Counted from the first letter of the stretch, positions 35,506-48,345 are shown. The stretch is DNA of 64,000 nucleotides from Halocafeteria seosinensis (GCA_001687465.1 LVLI01000290.1:1-64000), one strand, 5' to 3'. A program made the numbers and translations. Notes: generated by a model not told the origin, from the sequence alone.

Positions 35506-36371
35506 CTAATGCTCGGTTACGATGGGACTCTTGAATCTGCGTATCAACGCAGCTAAATCCTCACGGCCGCGCAAGAGCGCTTCGTCTAAAGGCGTGTTTC
35601 CTTTCTGCGAACGCCAAACCTACGTAAACTGCCAAACTTCAGTACAAATCCGTAATTCTGCCGTGTTCTTACTCGGTTCTTAGCTTCAATGTTAGCTTTA
35701 CCGGTTTCCAAAATAATCTCAACAATAGCGGTGTGTCCTTGGTCGACGGCATAGTGTAACGCGGTTTTTCCCTCCTGTGTATGTTGTGTGTTGCACCAGT
35801 GTCATCTCAAGTAAACAAGTGGTTTCGTTGCTTGAATGCAACGTACCCAATCTGTGATGCTGACATCAGCTCCATAACTCCTCACTAGGAGCGAAGCAAG
35901 GTCTTCCTGCTCGTCCCTCCAATTCCCTGCCACTAGCATCAAAGGCGTCTTCCTAAGCTGCCAAAGCATGTCGCATTCAGGCTAGTGTATCTGAAGACTT
36001 CCATCATATCTGAAAGAGAACGAGCGTCGAACGCACCACACGAGTCCGGGAGTTAACGTCTTGGGGATATGCCTCCAGTAGCACTTTCACAACTTCTTGG
36101 TAGCCTCTACTACATGCTGCTTCCAATGGAGTCTCACCTTCCTGCACCACCACCCAGAATTCGTTGCACGCTGGATTCTATTATACGAGATAGCATTGCT
36201 TACTCCATCTAAATCCACTCCGTTTATATTGTATGGTTGGTATTTCAGAATCACCTCTCTTACTTGCCCAACATTTCCAGTGTTTCTGCAGGCACTTATC
36301 AAGGTCCTCCTATCTTCCACATCGAAGTTCGGCGGCTTTGACTTTGCAGGCGCCGAAGTGGTGCATCCCAT
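35506..36371 (-). CDS. Small ankyrin-repeat protein with MGC N-terminus; about 4 introns
   Basis: Spliced repeats GETPLEAACSRGYQEVVKVLL, RKTPLMLVA…GADVSITD, GKTALHYAVDQGHTAIVEIIL, GNTPLDEA; starts MGCTTS. Confidence 0.8.
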
Positions 36372-37277
36372 GCTTGCCTCGCCTGAGCAGTGAAAACGGG
36401 ATAGCAAAACTACAAAACACAGAGATTGGGCAGTGGGCGCAACTGTCTCCAGGTAATCTATTGTGAAGTGCGGCTGCAGCCATCCCGTGGCTAAGCCGGC
36501 ATGGCATAATATCCAAGCCGTATTTTGAGAATCTAAACTCGTCAAAATAATCGTCATTGCTTTATCCATACGAATAGATGTATTGGATTTTATAAAAGCG
36601 TATTGGACGGTACATGTTGGTGATTGTGTACCACAATAGCCAATAGCAGGCACGTAATCTGCGGACTCCACCTGCCCCCTGCCTGTATGCAATTGAGACA
36701 TGGCAGAAGATGAACTAGGGCATGAAGTACGCGACCGATATGCTAAATGGACGTGCTGCAAAATGTATTGTCCTCCTTGGGACTGTGAAGAGGTACGCAA
36801 AATAACGAAAGCATTGTACCTACTAGGACCAATATTTAGCGTATAAGTTGCAACGAGCAATCCGGGAGGATCCCCCCGCGTTCCTCTCTCATTGACATCT
36901 CTAAGAGCAAGAACACAATCACTCACACAACTGAGATACTTTAATGTACCTCAACAATATTAGACGCATGTCATTACCAGGAAATGTTTGCAATATCACT
37001 CTGTATATACTGTAGGGTCGACTTGAAGTCACTTTAGTTTGACTTCACTGTGGAGTATAACATGGTACATCAAAAGGGTTGTACAGCCATTTGTTTCAAG
37101 ACGGAGAACGCAAACAGACCCTTTGTGCTCATGCTGACGCTTTATTGCAGTGTACAACCACACCAGGTAGTTGGCGGGCCTTAACTTTCGGAGCTGTTTA
37201 GCCCCCAGGCTGCCCCAGCAGAAGTTAGCTACTACTACACGTTTAAACACACCAACTCATTTGACAATAGCACCAGA

Positions 37278-40200
37278 ATGGCAGCTGCAGCTCCGGAGGA
37301 AGCGCCGAAGTTTACATTGGATGAAGCTATTGAGGGAATCCCTCACTGGTTTATTCCTAGAAAATGCAAAGTGACGGATGAAGTTGGTTGGACTCAGGGC
37401 ATCGCAAAATGTTTGGATAGGGAGAGAAGTATTGCGTCGAAAGACATTGAAGAAGTAGAAGCGCTTCTACGTCCAGAAAAAGCGGATAAGCCCCTTACTG
37501 ACGTCCAACGAAACGAGCTCAAGCACAAGGTCGTGGTTGCTTGTTTCCTTTTGGGTGACAGTGGGGCTTGCAGGGCGTATAAAGAAAAACGCCTCAAGGA
37601 TTTGTACCCTCCCGATGAGAGCGACAAAATGGAACAGAAAGTTGAAAAGTGGAGAGCGTCGGGAGCCGGTATATTTACCTCATTTACGCAGGAACTGGGT
37701 CCTCTAGTACTTTCGCTAACCGATACGCTGTGTGCCTTGATTAGGAAACTATGTCCGCACGAAACAGGTAAGTTCCTACCCACCTATTAATATTAACTGC
37801 GATGTGCTGTAGACGTTTGGTTTTTGTGGCTTTCCATCGTGGTGTGATACATGTATTTTCGTTGTTCCCCCACAGGCTCGGAGCAACGATTGGGGAAGTT
37901 TGGTGCGTTGTCCGGTGATCCTACATGAACACTGTATCCTAGGCATGTGGTCTACACGTTCTTTTGGCATGCGATTGCAGGAATGGACCTGAGCTTCCTT
38001 CGGGCGCAAAAGCCGCAGAATATCAAAGGAGTGTTGCGCCACGTTGTGAAAAGCATGAAGAGGAATCAGATGTTTTCAGAGCAGCCGCATACTGAAGCGG
38101 AAGGTTTTTCCAAGAGACCTGTGCCGGTATTTTACAAAACCGCAAGCCCTGAAGTTATTCCTCAGTTCTTGCATCACGTGGGTCCCTCCACACTACGGGC
38201 ATTGCGTTTTATTTTACAAGGTGCTTTCACGGAAGGGCAAGATGGGTATCTGACAATTTACAGTCAGTCCAGTGGCGGTGGAAAGACTCATGCCCTGTAC
38301 GTTTTAGGAATGGACCCCAAACACGATACCCTTGTTATCTTGTGCAACGTGGCAACGAAAGGGCAGGGTGAAGGTGGGGATTGCCTGACGGCACCCTGGG
38401 GTTTCCTTGACAGTATTTTGAAAACACTCACTGAATATTTGGAACCTGGGCTGGAGAGGATCATTTCTGAAGCAGCATATGCCGCTGTGAACTTAGTATT
38501 CGCCAGTTATATAGAGTATATTTACCTACTGCTTAATACTATCGGTCGTCAGCATCCTCCTTTCAGCCCGCAAGATATGCGGATAGCTGTTTTATGGGCC
38601 TTACGAAATGGTCTAGGGGAAGAAGAAGTTTGCAAGATTGCGGAGTCTCGCCTTTGTGAGGTCTTGGTAAATGTGCGACACAATGGTGACGACTACAAAA
38701 ACTTACCAAGTGCAGAAAAGGTTGAAGCGGTCCTAGTGAATGCCGTAGGCAATTTGAAGTCGAAAATTCCCGGGATGGCGATTATCGTGGCGGTGGATGA
38801 AGTTCAAGTATTGATAGGTAAATTTCCCGGCCTCTTTCTGCATAAGTCAGACATAGGAGAACGAGATGCCCCCTCTAGGAAGATCCCTGATGATCCAACT
38901 GATGAAGTCTACGCGTTGCATGTGGAGGTTTCGCACTTGTTGAAACACCACGAAATTGGAGGTGTGTTTGTGGGAACGAAATCGACTTCCAGCCCGCTAC
39001 AGAAGGCAGCTGAAATCTCGCCGACTAGGTGCAAACTGCAGTTTACCCATGATGTGGACATATTTTCAGTACAGGGCATAAAAGAGCTCGTTTTTCACTA
39101 CTTCAATGTTGAGCGTGTCTGGAAACAGCTGGAGAAAACCAAGGAGTTCCGTGAAGGCGTAGAAATGTTGTGTGGTAGAGGCCTCTGGGCGGCGAGACTA
39201 GTGGAAAACATACACTATGGCTATACTTTTCTGAAGCCGGCGAACCAAGTCGAGCTGAAAAACATGCTAAAGGATGAAGTAAACCAGACGAACGAGCTCA
39301 AGAAGGACGTCATCCAATTGCAAGTAGACAGGGCTTTACAGTCGCGCAAGGAAGTTGGTGCAGACATCTATACCACGGTTTCCAAATATAGTGCTATGTT
39401 GGCTCTTTACACGATGATCAAGCTTGATGCTGAATACCTCCCACTAAGTGCGGAAATGATGGATTGCCTCATTGTAGGCAGCGGGGTTTGTGTTGCTAAG
39501 TCTAAGCAGTTGCGCCGGGCCATATTGGACGAAGAGCCGTTCGTGAAACAATGTGTGGTCGAACGAACCGAATTACTGTTGAACTCGAACGACCCAGTAG
39601 AGAGGAAATTCTACCGTGAGCATCTAAATGGTACCGTTACGGCCATGGTCCGTGATAATTTTCTTGTAGATCACAGTGGGTTGGGAGAAAGTGCCGAACC
39701 ACTTCTTTGCCACCATCTCCTCTTGGCGAGGTCTCCAACAGTAGGAGAAACCTCTTTATGGAGTATATTCCGGGACTTTCTCTGGTATGTTGATGACTTT
39801 GAGCAGTCTGACCACCCAAACACTCGCAAGAATGCTCAATATATCAAAAACGACCTGGAGCATGTATTGGTAGACTTCACCATTTGTAAGAACTTGCATC
39901 GGGTAAAAGGTACGGGGCATGAACTAAAAGAATTATTCGAACGGTTCCCTCCTAAGCGGGAGCAAGATTATAAGAAGACGGTGATTCTGTATTTGTTGTC
40001 GAAGTTTGCCGGATGGGATTTTCTCTTTTTTGCAACCGACTCCGAAGGAATAGGATCGGTAGGGATCCAAAGCAAGTTGGAAAATGACGGGTCGTTTAAG
40101 GAGGCTGCCAAGACCACGGATCCTAATTTGCAGTATCTAAACAAGATTCAACGTGGCAAAGTCCTTGACGGACTCCCTCTCTCTCGCTCTAGCGTGAGTG

Positions 40201-40517
40201 CCCAGTGGAAGCAGTACAACGAGATGCGGACCAAATTGGGCGACGAGGACCCGTTCAAGCGTTGCCGTCGTTTTGTTGCTGGACTGGCGTTCAAGCAGAA
40301 AACTCTCGAGACCGCTGTGCAGCAATACTCGAAAACCACAAGCCCACTGTTACCGTTGGATCTGGGTCGTGGATTGAAGGTGACGATGGAACGGAAAGAA
40401 AAGCTGTGCGGTGGCCCGGTGAAGCCCATGAAGCATATGAAAGAATCCGACATTTTGTGGATGGGTGCTCCACCTGTGGAAATAGAACCCTCCCCAAAGA
40501 AACAAAAGAAGAAATGA
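37278..40517 (+). CDS. Crinkler/CR-like protein: N-terminal header, P-loop NTPase, PD-(D/E)xK-like nuclease, C-terminal NLS; intron donor at 37768
   Basis: Walker A SSGGGKT, Walker B IIVAVDEVQ, LCGRGLWA motif, nuclease-like E…GWDFLFF…GIQSK, terminal PSPKKQKKK. In-frame TGA at 37926-28 if the proximal acceptor is used. Confidence 0.7.
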
Positions 40518-40849
40518 GTGCATGGAGTACAGACAGTGCTCTCTATTTGCTACCCGCTCTGTGAACAGAGCCAAGGGAGTACAACGTACATATGTTTCGC
40601 AGTGGCACGTCGCGGGCCCACGTGGCGCTGTTTTCCATGTACAAGTTTAAAAAGGCAACTGCATAATTTTTAGATGTAGTGGTTGAGAGCGCATACGCAT
40701 CAAATATGAGCAATGGCGAGGAGAGTGTCGCGTTCTTTGCTGGTAGTGGCGCGTCCAGTAGTATAAGGCCCATTTGGGTATACTAGAGGTTTTGCCGTCT
40801 CAGAAGCTCCTTCGTAATGGGCTTACACATATATTACTTGCGAATTAAA

Positions 40850-41357
40850 CGCGGTTGTAGGCTGTTTTCTGGAGTGCGTGAAAAGGACCAAGGAAACGTA
40901 ACCGAAGCCAAGTTCGACAAACTAATGGAACTTCCACCAACATGCCTTTTCCTTTTCCTATCTCAAAGGCGTAATGGCGGAAGCGGCGTAAATATGATCG
41001 GCTGCCATGCTACCCAGGTAGTCGAGAGTATGAACCAAGCATTGATGGGGGCCCGAGGTTTCAGCTGTTTGAAGCAATGCCGTCGCTGCAATGGTGAGCC
41101 TTGTTAACAGCGAAAAGGAGCGCTTTGTCAGTCACCAGAAGCAAGTACATGAGTCAACAATGGCGACGTCCTAATAACTCCGTTTGGGAAAGAAATTCTG
41201 GGAAACTAAGACAACAGCGTCGCAAATATTACTGCAAAGGTGCTGATGCTCAACAGCGACCTAGCAACTGTTCGCCTTACTGACGACAGCAATACCGGAA
41301 CTGTATCCTTCCAAGATATGCACTGTACTTGCGGGAAACCAGAAGTAACTGCATAGC
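40850..41357 (+). mobile_element. Mutator/MULE transposase relic
   Basis: TQVVESMNQALMGAR (catalytic-Glu helix pattern) followed by the start of a SWIM finger (VSFQDMHCTCGK); frameshifts and stops. Confidence 0.6.
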
Positions 41358-41830
41358 TAGGGTGCCCGCGCGCACACGGGTAGCACGGGCGGTCCGTGCC
41401 GGACCGTGGCACGGCAGGCAATGCCAGGCATGGTCCGGGATGTGCCAGCGGTCCGTCAAATTCAAAAACAAAATTCAAATTGAGACAGTTAAGTTCCAAA
41501 CGTGGCTTCCTTTTTCGAAATGACAACCACTTTAAATCACTACAGTATTGTGTTTTTCATTTAGCTATGCCTGTAGTAAGGTTTCATGACAAACTATATC
41601 CGACGTGTGGTACTTGTTCAAACTCACGAAGAACTCAGACGGTAGCTGGACGTATCCATGTCCAAATGAGTTTACGGATGAAGGAAAGCCTTGTTCCGTT
41701 GTGTATGAATACAAGGCCAAAGCTGGAACACTTAGGAAACATCTGAACCGGAATCACCGACAACAATGGGAAAAGGATGTGGAGCAGTTGCCATGCCATA
41801 AGAATTTACGGTTGCAGGAATTAGAGAATT
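41358..41830 (+). mobile_element. hAT-like transposon 5' end with BED zinc finger
   Basis: Begins TAGGG; GC-rich subterminal repeats gcacgg/ccgtgc in both orientations; downstream VWYLF…C…C…TLRKHLNRNH. No second terminus found. Confidence 0.65.
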
Positions 41831-42582
41831 TCCCAATTGAGTGTTTTTGCCTTGGTGCATCATATCATCTCAGTGCGTCTGATGTGCATGGCCACATGCA
41901 CATGCACATACAGTAACGGTTGTACATATATGTGTATGCCTTGATTCTACTGCTTCGCAATGAAGTTCGCATTGGCCTTCTAAAATAAACGAGCTCTGGC
42001 GAGCCCTGACTGGCAGTAGTAGCCAACAGGAGCGGCCCATACATGCTTATTTCTGAAGGAAATCGTCTACAAAGAAACAAAACTCCAGTGGCATGTGGCA
42101 TCTCGGGGAGAAAATTTTCCCGTTGCCAGCAGTTGCGACTGCGTGTGCGACCCGGCTTTGCCAAGAAGAGCGCTTTGTCACGGGTCTCTATAGTCTTCAT
42201 GTAACGAAAAGGGTTAACAGCGGCAGGCTACATACGTTTTATAGCCCAACATCTATGTATACGACTTTCCTTTGGTATTGTCGCTGAGCGAAAACATTTT
42301 GTTTTCCAATCCAAAAGTTGTCAGCTGAGCAAGCTACCTGGCTATACATGTGTTTTCTTTCTTGCGTTCTGAAAACAGTAGTTTCGCTGCTCGCTCACTT
42401 CGGCAAAGACACCAACCTCTTCAATTCACTAAGGGGCTTCAATTAGTGTGTTTACGTCGGCTGTGGAGTAATATTGGGCAGAGTACAGGAGTCTGACTGG
42501 TGTCGCACCTCCACCTCTGTCATCCAGCAGCTTTCTGCTGCAAGAACTCGCTGGTCTTGAGTGAAAATTAACAGCTCTTACA

Positions 42583-44028
42583 ATGGAATCGAGCTGGATC
42601 CAGCCGGATCACAACAAAGGAACTTTTGTTGGGAGGCCACCGCAATCGGGCATACCTGAGTCAGCGCCACAAACATCGGCGAAAACTGCCTCAAGATGCA
42701 CCCACGAAGCTGCGGGAGAGCGCAATGATAGCGGTTCTACTACATCAAGAGTGACTTGCTCGAAGGACCTTAAAGTCATGTCAAAATATGAACGGTCTGT
42801 CGCACTAGCAAAAGATGATGGTGAAGTCTTATATTTGCCCTCTGAAGGTTCGAATAGGGAGGGAATCCAGCCTCCCCGCCACCGGTCACGAAGCAATAGC
42901 GACCCCTACCTCGCGGTTAGAGCAGAAAGCAGCACGGAGCATAGTAGTAATTCCAGGCAGAATGAAAGCTTTTATGAAATGGTATATCCCAATTTCTTTA
43001 AAGAAGACCCTAGTGGGAGTAGTGCGAGCAGCGCCAGTAGTGCGGGCAAAGAGGATGCAGACGTGGAAGCGCTAGTTAATGAACTCAAGGCACGCTCAGA
43101 CGAAGAGATAGCGGCATTGGCAGAAGGTTATATAGGAACGATCGATCAATTTTTACAGGACCACAGGGGTATAACGCGCAATGACGCCTCTAACCCATCC
43201 AAAATAGCGACTAAACTAGACAGGAGTTTGCCGAAGGGAAGACACCCTGCTCCGATGAATGGCCGATGTCAACCAAGGTCAAAAGCAAATACAGCCATGG
43301 GGTCTGGGCTGCTCGAAAGAAATATTTCGAGACGCACTCTTTTACAGGCGTTGATGAAACTGGCGCATGCGGGATATCCCGCTAGTTATCCGGAGAAAAC
43401 TCATGGAAATAGTAAACCGAGGGAGGATCCAATGCGAGAGCGAGGACTATCTCCAGCCATGTATAATGAACGGAGTCCTACTAGACAAACAGTGCTCTTG
43501 GACGAGCAGTTCGAAGGTAGTCATCGGACCTCGGTGAAATCTAGCGGTTCAAGTGTGTCAAGTGGTGAACCTTCGACGACGACGACTAATAGCCGATCAA
43601 AGCTCGTTTCGGGCAGGGATTCCAAATCTAGTCTCACGACGCTGAGGCGCCTGAAGGCTCAGTCAACGCCAAGAAGCTGTGGTGGTAGTGACTCGCAAAT
43701 AGTGCGATGGAGCCCCCTTAAGACGCAGTCCAGCAGGACGGTTTCTCACACCTCCAAACGAAGAACGACTCATAGGCTCACGGATGCTGCTTTCAAGAAT
43801 ACGTCGCCAAGTGCATTAAGAACTCGTGCTCTTGAGGAATCGTTGGAAGCTGAATTACCTCCGCCCCAAAGAAAATACGGTGGTGTAGGTCCTTATGAAC
43901 CTGTTACGTACGAGGAGTGGACTCAGGACGTGCAAGAACGCAAATATAGAGTTCGGTATGACAAGTACGCTGAACGAGGATTGAGTCCCTTGTCGCCATT
44001 ATGGACAGAATCGACGACGAAAAACTAG
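42583..44028 (+). CDS. Uncharacterised Ser/Arg-rich protein, 481 aa, intronless
   Basis: Long ATG-initiated ORF; no motif recognised. Confidence 0.7.
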   Translation: MESSWIQPDHNKGTFVGRPPQSGIPESAPQTSAKTASRCTHEAAGERNDSGSTTSRVTCSKDLKVMSKYERSVALAKDDGEVLYLPSEGSNREGIQPPRHRSRSNSDPYLAVRAESSTEHSSNSRQNESFYEMVYPNFFKEDPSGSSASSASSAGKEDADVEALVNELKARSDEEIAALAEGYIGTIDQFLQDHRGITRNDASNPSKIATKLDRSLPKGRHPAPMNGRCQPRSKANTAMGSGLLERNISRRTLLQALMKLAHAGYPASYPEKTHGNSKPREDPMRERGLSPAMYNERSPTRQTVLLDEQFEGSHRTSVKSSGSSVSSGEPSTTTTNSRSKLVSGRDSKSSLTTLRRLKAQSTPRSCGGSDSQIVRWSPLKTQSSRTVSHTSKRRTTHRLTDAAFKNTSPSALRTRALEESLEAELPPPQRKYGGVGPYEPVTYEEWTQDVQERKYRVRYDKYAERGLSPLSPLWTESTTKN

Positions 44029-44128
44029 GTTGTGAAAATAGTTAACAAAATGCCTATGTGTTTCAGGCAGTAGTTGTACTGCATCCTAAACTTCCCTCCA
44101 CACAGGAGTAGAACTTCCCACGCCGCAA

Positions 44129-44625
44129 TCACGCAGAAGGACCTCCACTTCCCCCCATGACAGGGAATACTTTTCCCTTGAGAGTCTGTTTATCAAAAAA
44201 TTAAAGTGGGTTATGACGCAAGAAGTTAGACATTTGTTCTAGAACATACCTGCAGTTGTTCATTCATTTGCGGGTCACTTGTCGCATGCATTTGGATGGC
44301 TGTTATCAATTGCATGGCTCCCATTTGATCCTTTGTAAAGCCGTATTTTTCCAGTATATCTCCTTTAATCTGAATGGCTAAGGGGAGCACATATTGCATA
44401 AGTCCCTGAGGGCTCCCTTGGGCTTTCTGAATAGCTTCTTCCATGCGTGATTTGTTTTCAGGTTTCTCGAATTCCGTTAAGCCCTCCTGCAGAGCTTCTG
44501 CAAAACGAGGACATGTTCGGTCAGAATATGGCAAGTATACCTCGGTTTTACAGTCGAAAAACATGGCACCTACGCTGTGCTTGCTCCTTAGAGAGAGGAG
44601 GTGGGGGGTTTGTAGACTGTGCCAT
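44129..44625 (-). CDS. C12orf57: Protein C10 (C12orf57)-like; 2 introns
   Basis: LSKEQAQ|QALQEGL…PENKSRMEEA…MQYVLPLAIQIKGDILEKYGF…GAMQL matches the C10 pattern. Confidence 0.8.
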
Positions 44626-45130
44626 TCTTGTATACACAAGATTTTGACGCCACTATGCAGTTGTAACGCTAGAGAAGCAGCTAAAGAAGTACTCTAACTG
44701 AAAGCAACCTCATTAACTATCGGGTAAACTATAATACTGCGTGGTTGTCATGACCCAGTTCATTTGAATTTGGAGTGAAACTTTTGTTTGCTTTGTTTTA
44801 GCAACGAAGGAATCTAACTCAGAGACTATACCTTCATGAGAATTTACCAATAAACCTTGGCAAACGTGATCTGCGTCAATTTGGAGGTAGCTTTCAGCAG
44901 GATGGCTCCGGAAGACGCTCAGGAGCAATGCCGGTATCCATTTGCCAATCTTTCTTCCAATTATGTTTCAGAACGCTACAGCAGACGGCCATACCTGTTT
45001 GTCAACGGGATGAAACGTCTTTTACCTATTTTCGTCGCAGTTTCCACTAGGTGCAGTTCTCATACTGCTCTCTAACTCACTTCTTGAGATGACAACTGAC
45101 AAGAATTAGAGATCCTTTGCCTGATTTCTA

Positions 45131-46924
45131 TCATTTCTCTCTCCCCGCACTCTCCTTATCACAGGACGGCAATATTGGGAGGACTAAATTCTCTGCCGAC
45201 GTGACACGCTTTGCAGATATCGTAGAGTCGATCATCATGTTTCCGAATGCTACAGCACACAGCCACACCTGCTTGTCAACATAGTGTAAGCTCGCGTAAG
45301 GAGCCGGAGGCCTGCTCGGACAAGATGGTTGACGTACCTGGTTGAAATAGAAATTCGGATTTCCCGCTAGAGTAGATAACCAGAGCCACTGGGTCGTTAG
45401 TTGAAGTGCCGATGTTGCCAGCATTACCAACATCAGCAAGGTGTAACCCCTCGTCACTGCACGGACGCAGATGAGGCATAATTAACGTTGACAATTGGAG
45501 GTCAGAGTGTAAATTGCAGCGTGGCCTTACTTCTCCATGTTTCTTCGTGACAGCACCAAAGCGCCATAGCCAAGCCGTAATCCGTAAATGTAGGAGTCGG
45601 TTGTAACAGGGAATAGCAGCCTACCATGCCACATAGCATGAGATAGGGGTGTTTCCTGTTGAAATCCCAAAGGGGTACTTCTTAGAAGGAATCCTAGGTA
45701 AGCAAGGTTAACGAGAGAAGACATACCTGAAATGAATGAAAACTGGAAGGAGTAACATCCATGAATGGATAGCGAAATGCCGAACAAAATGCATCCGAAA
45801 TCGATCGAAGGTGTCCTGAACAATATACCAGAATATGCTGCAGCTAGGCGTCGTGTCCAGCAGATTGTAGTTGGCGAAAGCATACTGGGAGGACCACTTT
45901 GCCAACGCATTTGGGAAGCTGACCTCTGTCTCACCCAGTTTCGTCATTATGCGTACACTAACTCCGATACATACACATGCCCCAACCAGCGCTACGAACA
46001 CCATTCGAACCAGCTTTGAAATTTTGATTAGTAGATTCTTATCCCATTCACGGAGGAGGTTACCAGCACACCCGGCAATAGAATCCTTGGAAGGGGAAGT
46101 ACCTACATGCCAGCCGAGACTGAAGGGATAGTAGCATGCAAATACCGCAACGGCGGGAAGGAATAATAGTGAATACTGGACATTCACCAGGAGAGAGCCA
46201 CTAAAAACCAATGCGGCAAAAGTCACATAGCCATAGAGAACACTAACAAGTGACCATAGGGGCAATACGTAGCTAACGGAGCGCATGGATTCAGCCAGAC
46301 ATCCTGTGATCGTGAAAGGGTTCCACAGCCACACTGCCAGGACAATCGCAGGCATGTACACATGGGAGCTCTTCAGCCACAATGAGGAGACTGGAGCGAT
46401 GGTCACTTTTTCTTGGGCGGTTAGCAAAGCCAGTCGATCTATCCGAAGTCTACTCTCTTGAGGGTTTATCCTTTTCGTGACACATATGAGTGCCAGTCCC
46501 ACTAAGCAGTCAGCCACAACATGTACGAGGAACCAGAAATTCGTGATTCCATGCTCTTTCAACCAAGGGTGAAGCCCATGATATAGTTGGAGAATGGCTG
46601 GTGAAACCTGTATCTCTCTGTTCCCTTCGGCGTACGGGTCAATTCCCAGCTGTATCCGAGTTGCAGCTTCTTCTACTGCGTAAGACTCAGCATTACTCGA
46701 TAAGACCACGACCATTCCTCGCTGCTAAAGCAAAAAGAAAACTTACTCGCTCGACTGCTGGTCGTAGGATAGTTAACTGAATAGCTCTTGCTTAATCTAG
46801 CGACCCAGTCCGTTTGTAGAGAGAGGCCATATCTGGCTGCAATTCCCACGAGAAACACGAGTCCAACCAGCAGCAGACATAGGCTTCTTCCCCCTGTCTT
46901 GGGACTATTTTCGTTTCGCGCCAT
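45131..46924 (-). CDS. PIGU: GPI transamidase subunit PIG-U; several introns
   Basis: Multi-TM; GIDPY, WLWNPFTITGC, DTTPSCSIFWY…FDRFR, WLSTLAGNPNFYF. Confidence 0.85.
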
Positions 46925-47210
46925 TTCGTTTACCGCCTCCTTCCTTTGCAGAACAGTTACACTTAGTCTGACAATGCCATCGATCTCTCTGTGCCAGTAC
47001 TGCCAGTGCACTGCTCCTCTCTCCATCGCGTCGTCAATGAATGATCATTGTGAATGTCGTTGCTACGGTTTGTGAAGTTGCACTCCACTACCGTTAATGT
47101 TGACATTAAGTCCTACCAGGTAGTATAGAGCTCACGAGAACACAGCTTGTTGGATTTCTATGATTGTGCATGTGAGTGAGTTTTAGACGGTGGTGAAACT
47201 GAAGGGAGAA

Positions 47211-48345
47211 ATGGACTGGAAAAACTCGAAAACGCTGTTTGATACGGTCTTTGACCGCGTGAAAATACAAGAGACTTTTACGGATGAATCAGGAAATCAA
47301 GAAATTGTCGAGCGAGTTCCTAGCTTAACCAGACTCCTCTATGTGGCGGACATCTCATACGGCAATGACAGTGGAGACGGAGGAGAATCGCAAGATCAAC
47401 AAAGAGGTGCTTCCTCGGCCTCCACGTCGTCTCCAACCAAGGAGGGAGGTGAAGAAACAGCAGCGAATTCTGGGACACCATCCTCTATTTCACCCTCCCC
47501 TACTCCTTCCTCACCTTCGGCAACCTCTGGCCGACCGACTCCTTCTTCTACTGCGGGCAGGAAAAACTTTGATTTCTCGGAGAGAGCAGCCGGCTCACCT
47601 GAAAACGGAAGCCGCCTAGCGCAGAGCCACAGCCAAACGAATACTGCGTCTGCTCCATCAGCCTCTCTTGTTTCATACGCTCACGAAAGAGTTATGGACA
47701 TCCACAAAACATTTATTCAACAGTCTGCGTCAGATCCTGAAGAAGCTGAAAATATTGTGCGAGGGCTGATGTTGCTGCAGAATCAAACCATCCTGCACAT
47801 TGTAGAAGCAGCTCCTGAGATAATCAATAACCTCTTTGAACATCTACAGACATATGCACAAGGTGAAGGTTCGTGTATATTGCGAAATATACGGATAATT
47901 GGGAAAATTGAAGACTGCCAACGGCCGCTCTTCCCTCGACCTCTGTTCCATGTCGTACAAATTGGAGGAGGAAGCAAGTTAGACTTGGATAATGCGGAAG
48001 ATATTGTTCCCCACTGCAATGATTTGTTCTCGCGAATGCTCCAAATTGGAAAGAAATGCCCTGACGAGCGCGAAAGCCAAAGCTCAGTGAATCAGTTCCT
48101 CGATAACTTGACTTCCGAATTCAGTGACACGTTACCACCGGATAAATTGGTGTTGGAATTTGCACGCTGCAACCAAGTACGTTTTACAGCTGTTTCTTTT
48201 GGTGTCCCTACAGCATTTACCGTCACCATGGTTCTTTCTGCAGGTGCTATCAATTGGCGAATACCTTGACTTATTCGCTAAACCGATTGACGTCGAATTA
48301 CCCGAAGAGAGAGTTTGGCCCATCCCTCCTTCACTACCATATTGA
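47211..48345 (+). CDS. TEX47-like (BLUF-like fold) protein; intron about 48177-48243
   Basis: RLLYVA…GLMLL…ILHIVEA…IRIIGKIEDCQRPLF and C-terminal EYLDLFAKPIDVELPEERVWP. Confidence 0.65.

Noticed and set aside
36372..36926. Upstream extension of the 279-aa ORF
   Set aside because: GTG-initiated and non-protein-like; the plausible start is the MGC ATG at 36371.
37926..37928. Selenocysteine codon
   Set aside because: No redox motif context and no SECIS recognised; TGA is an ordinary stop elsewhere in the window.
37176..40771. Possible terminal inverted repeats (gggcctta … taaggccc) around the CR gene
   Set aside because: Only 8 bp match and no convincing TSD; compatible with chance.
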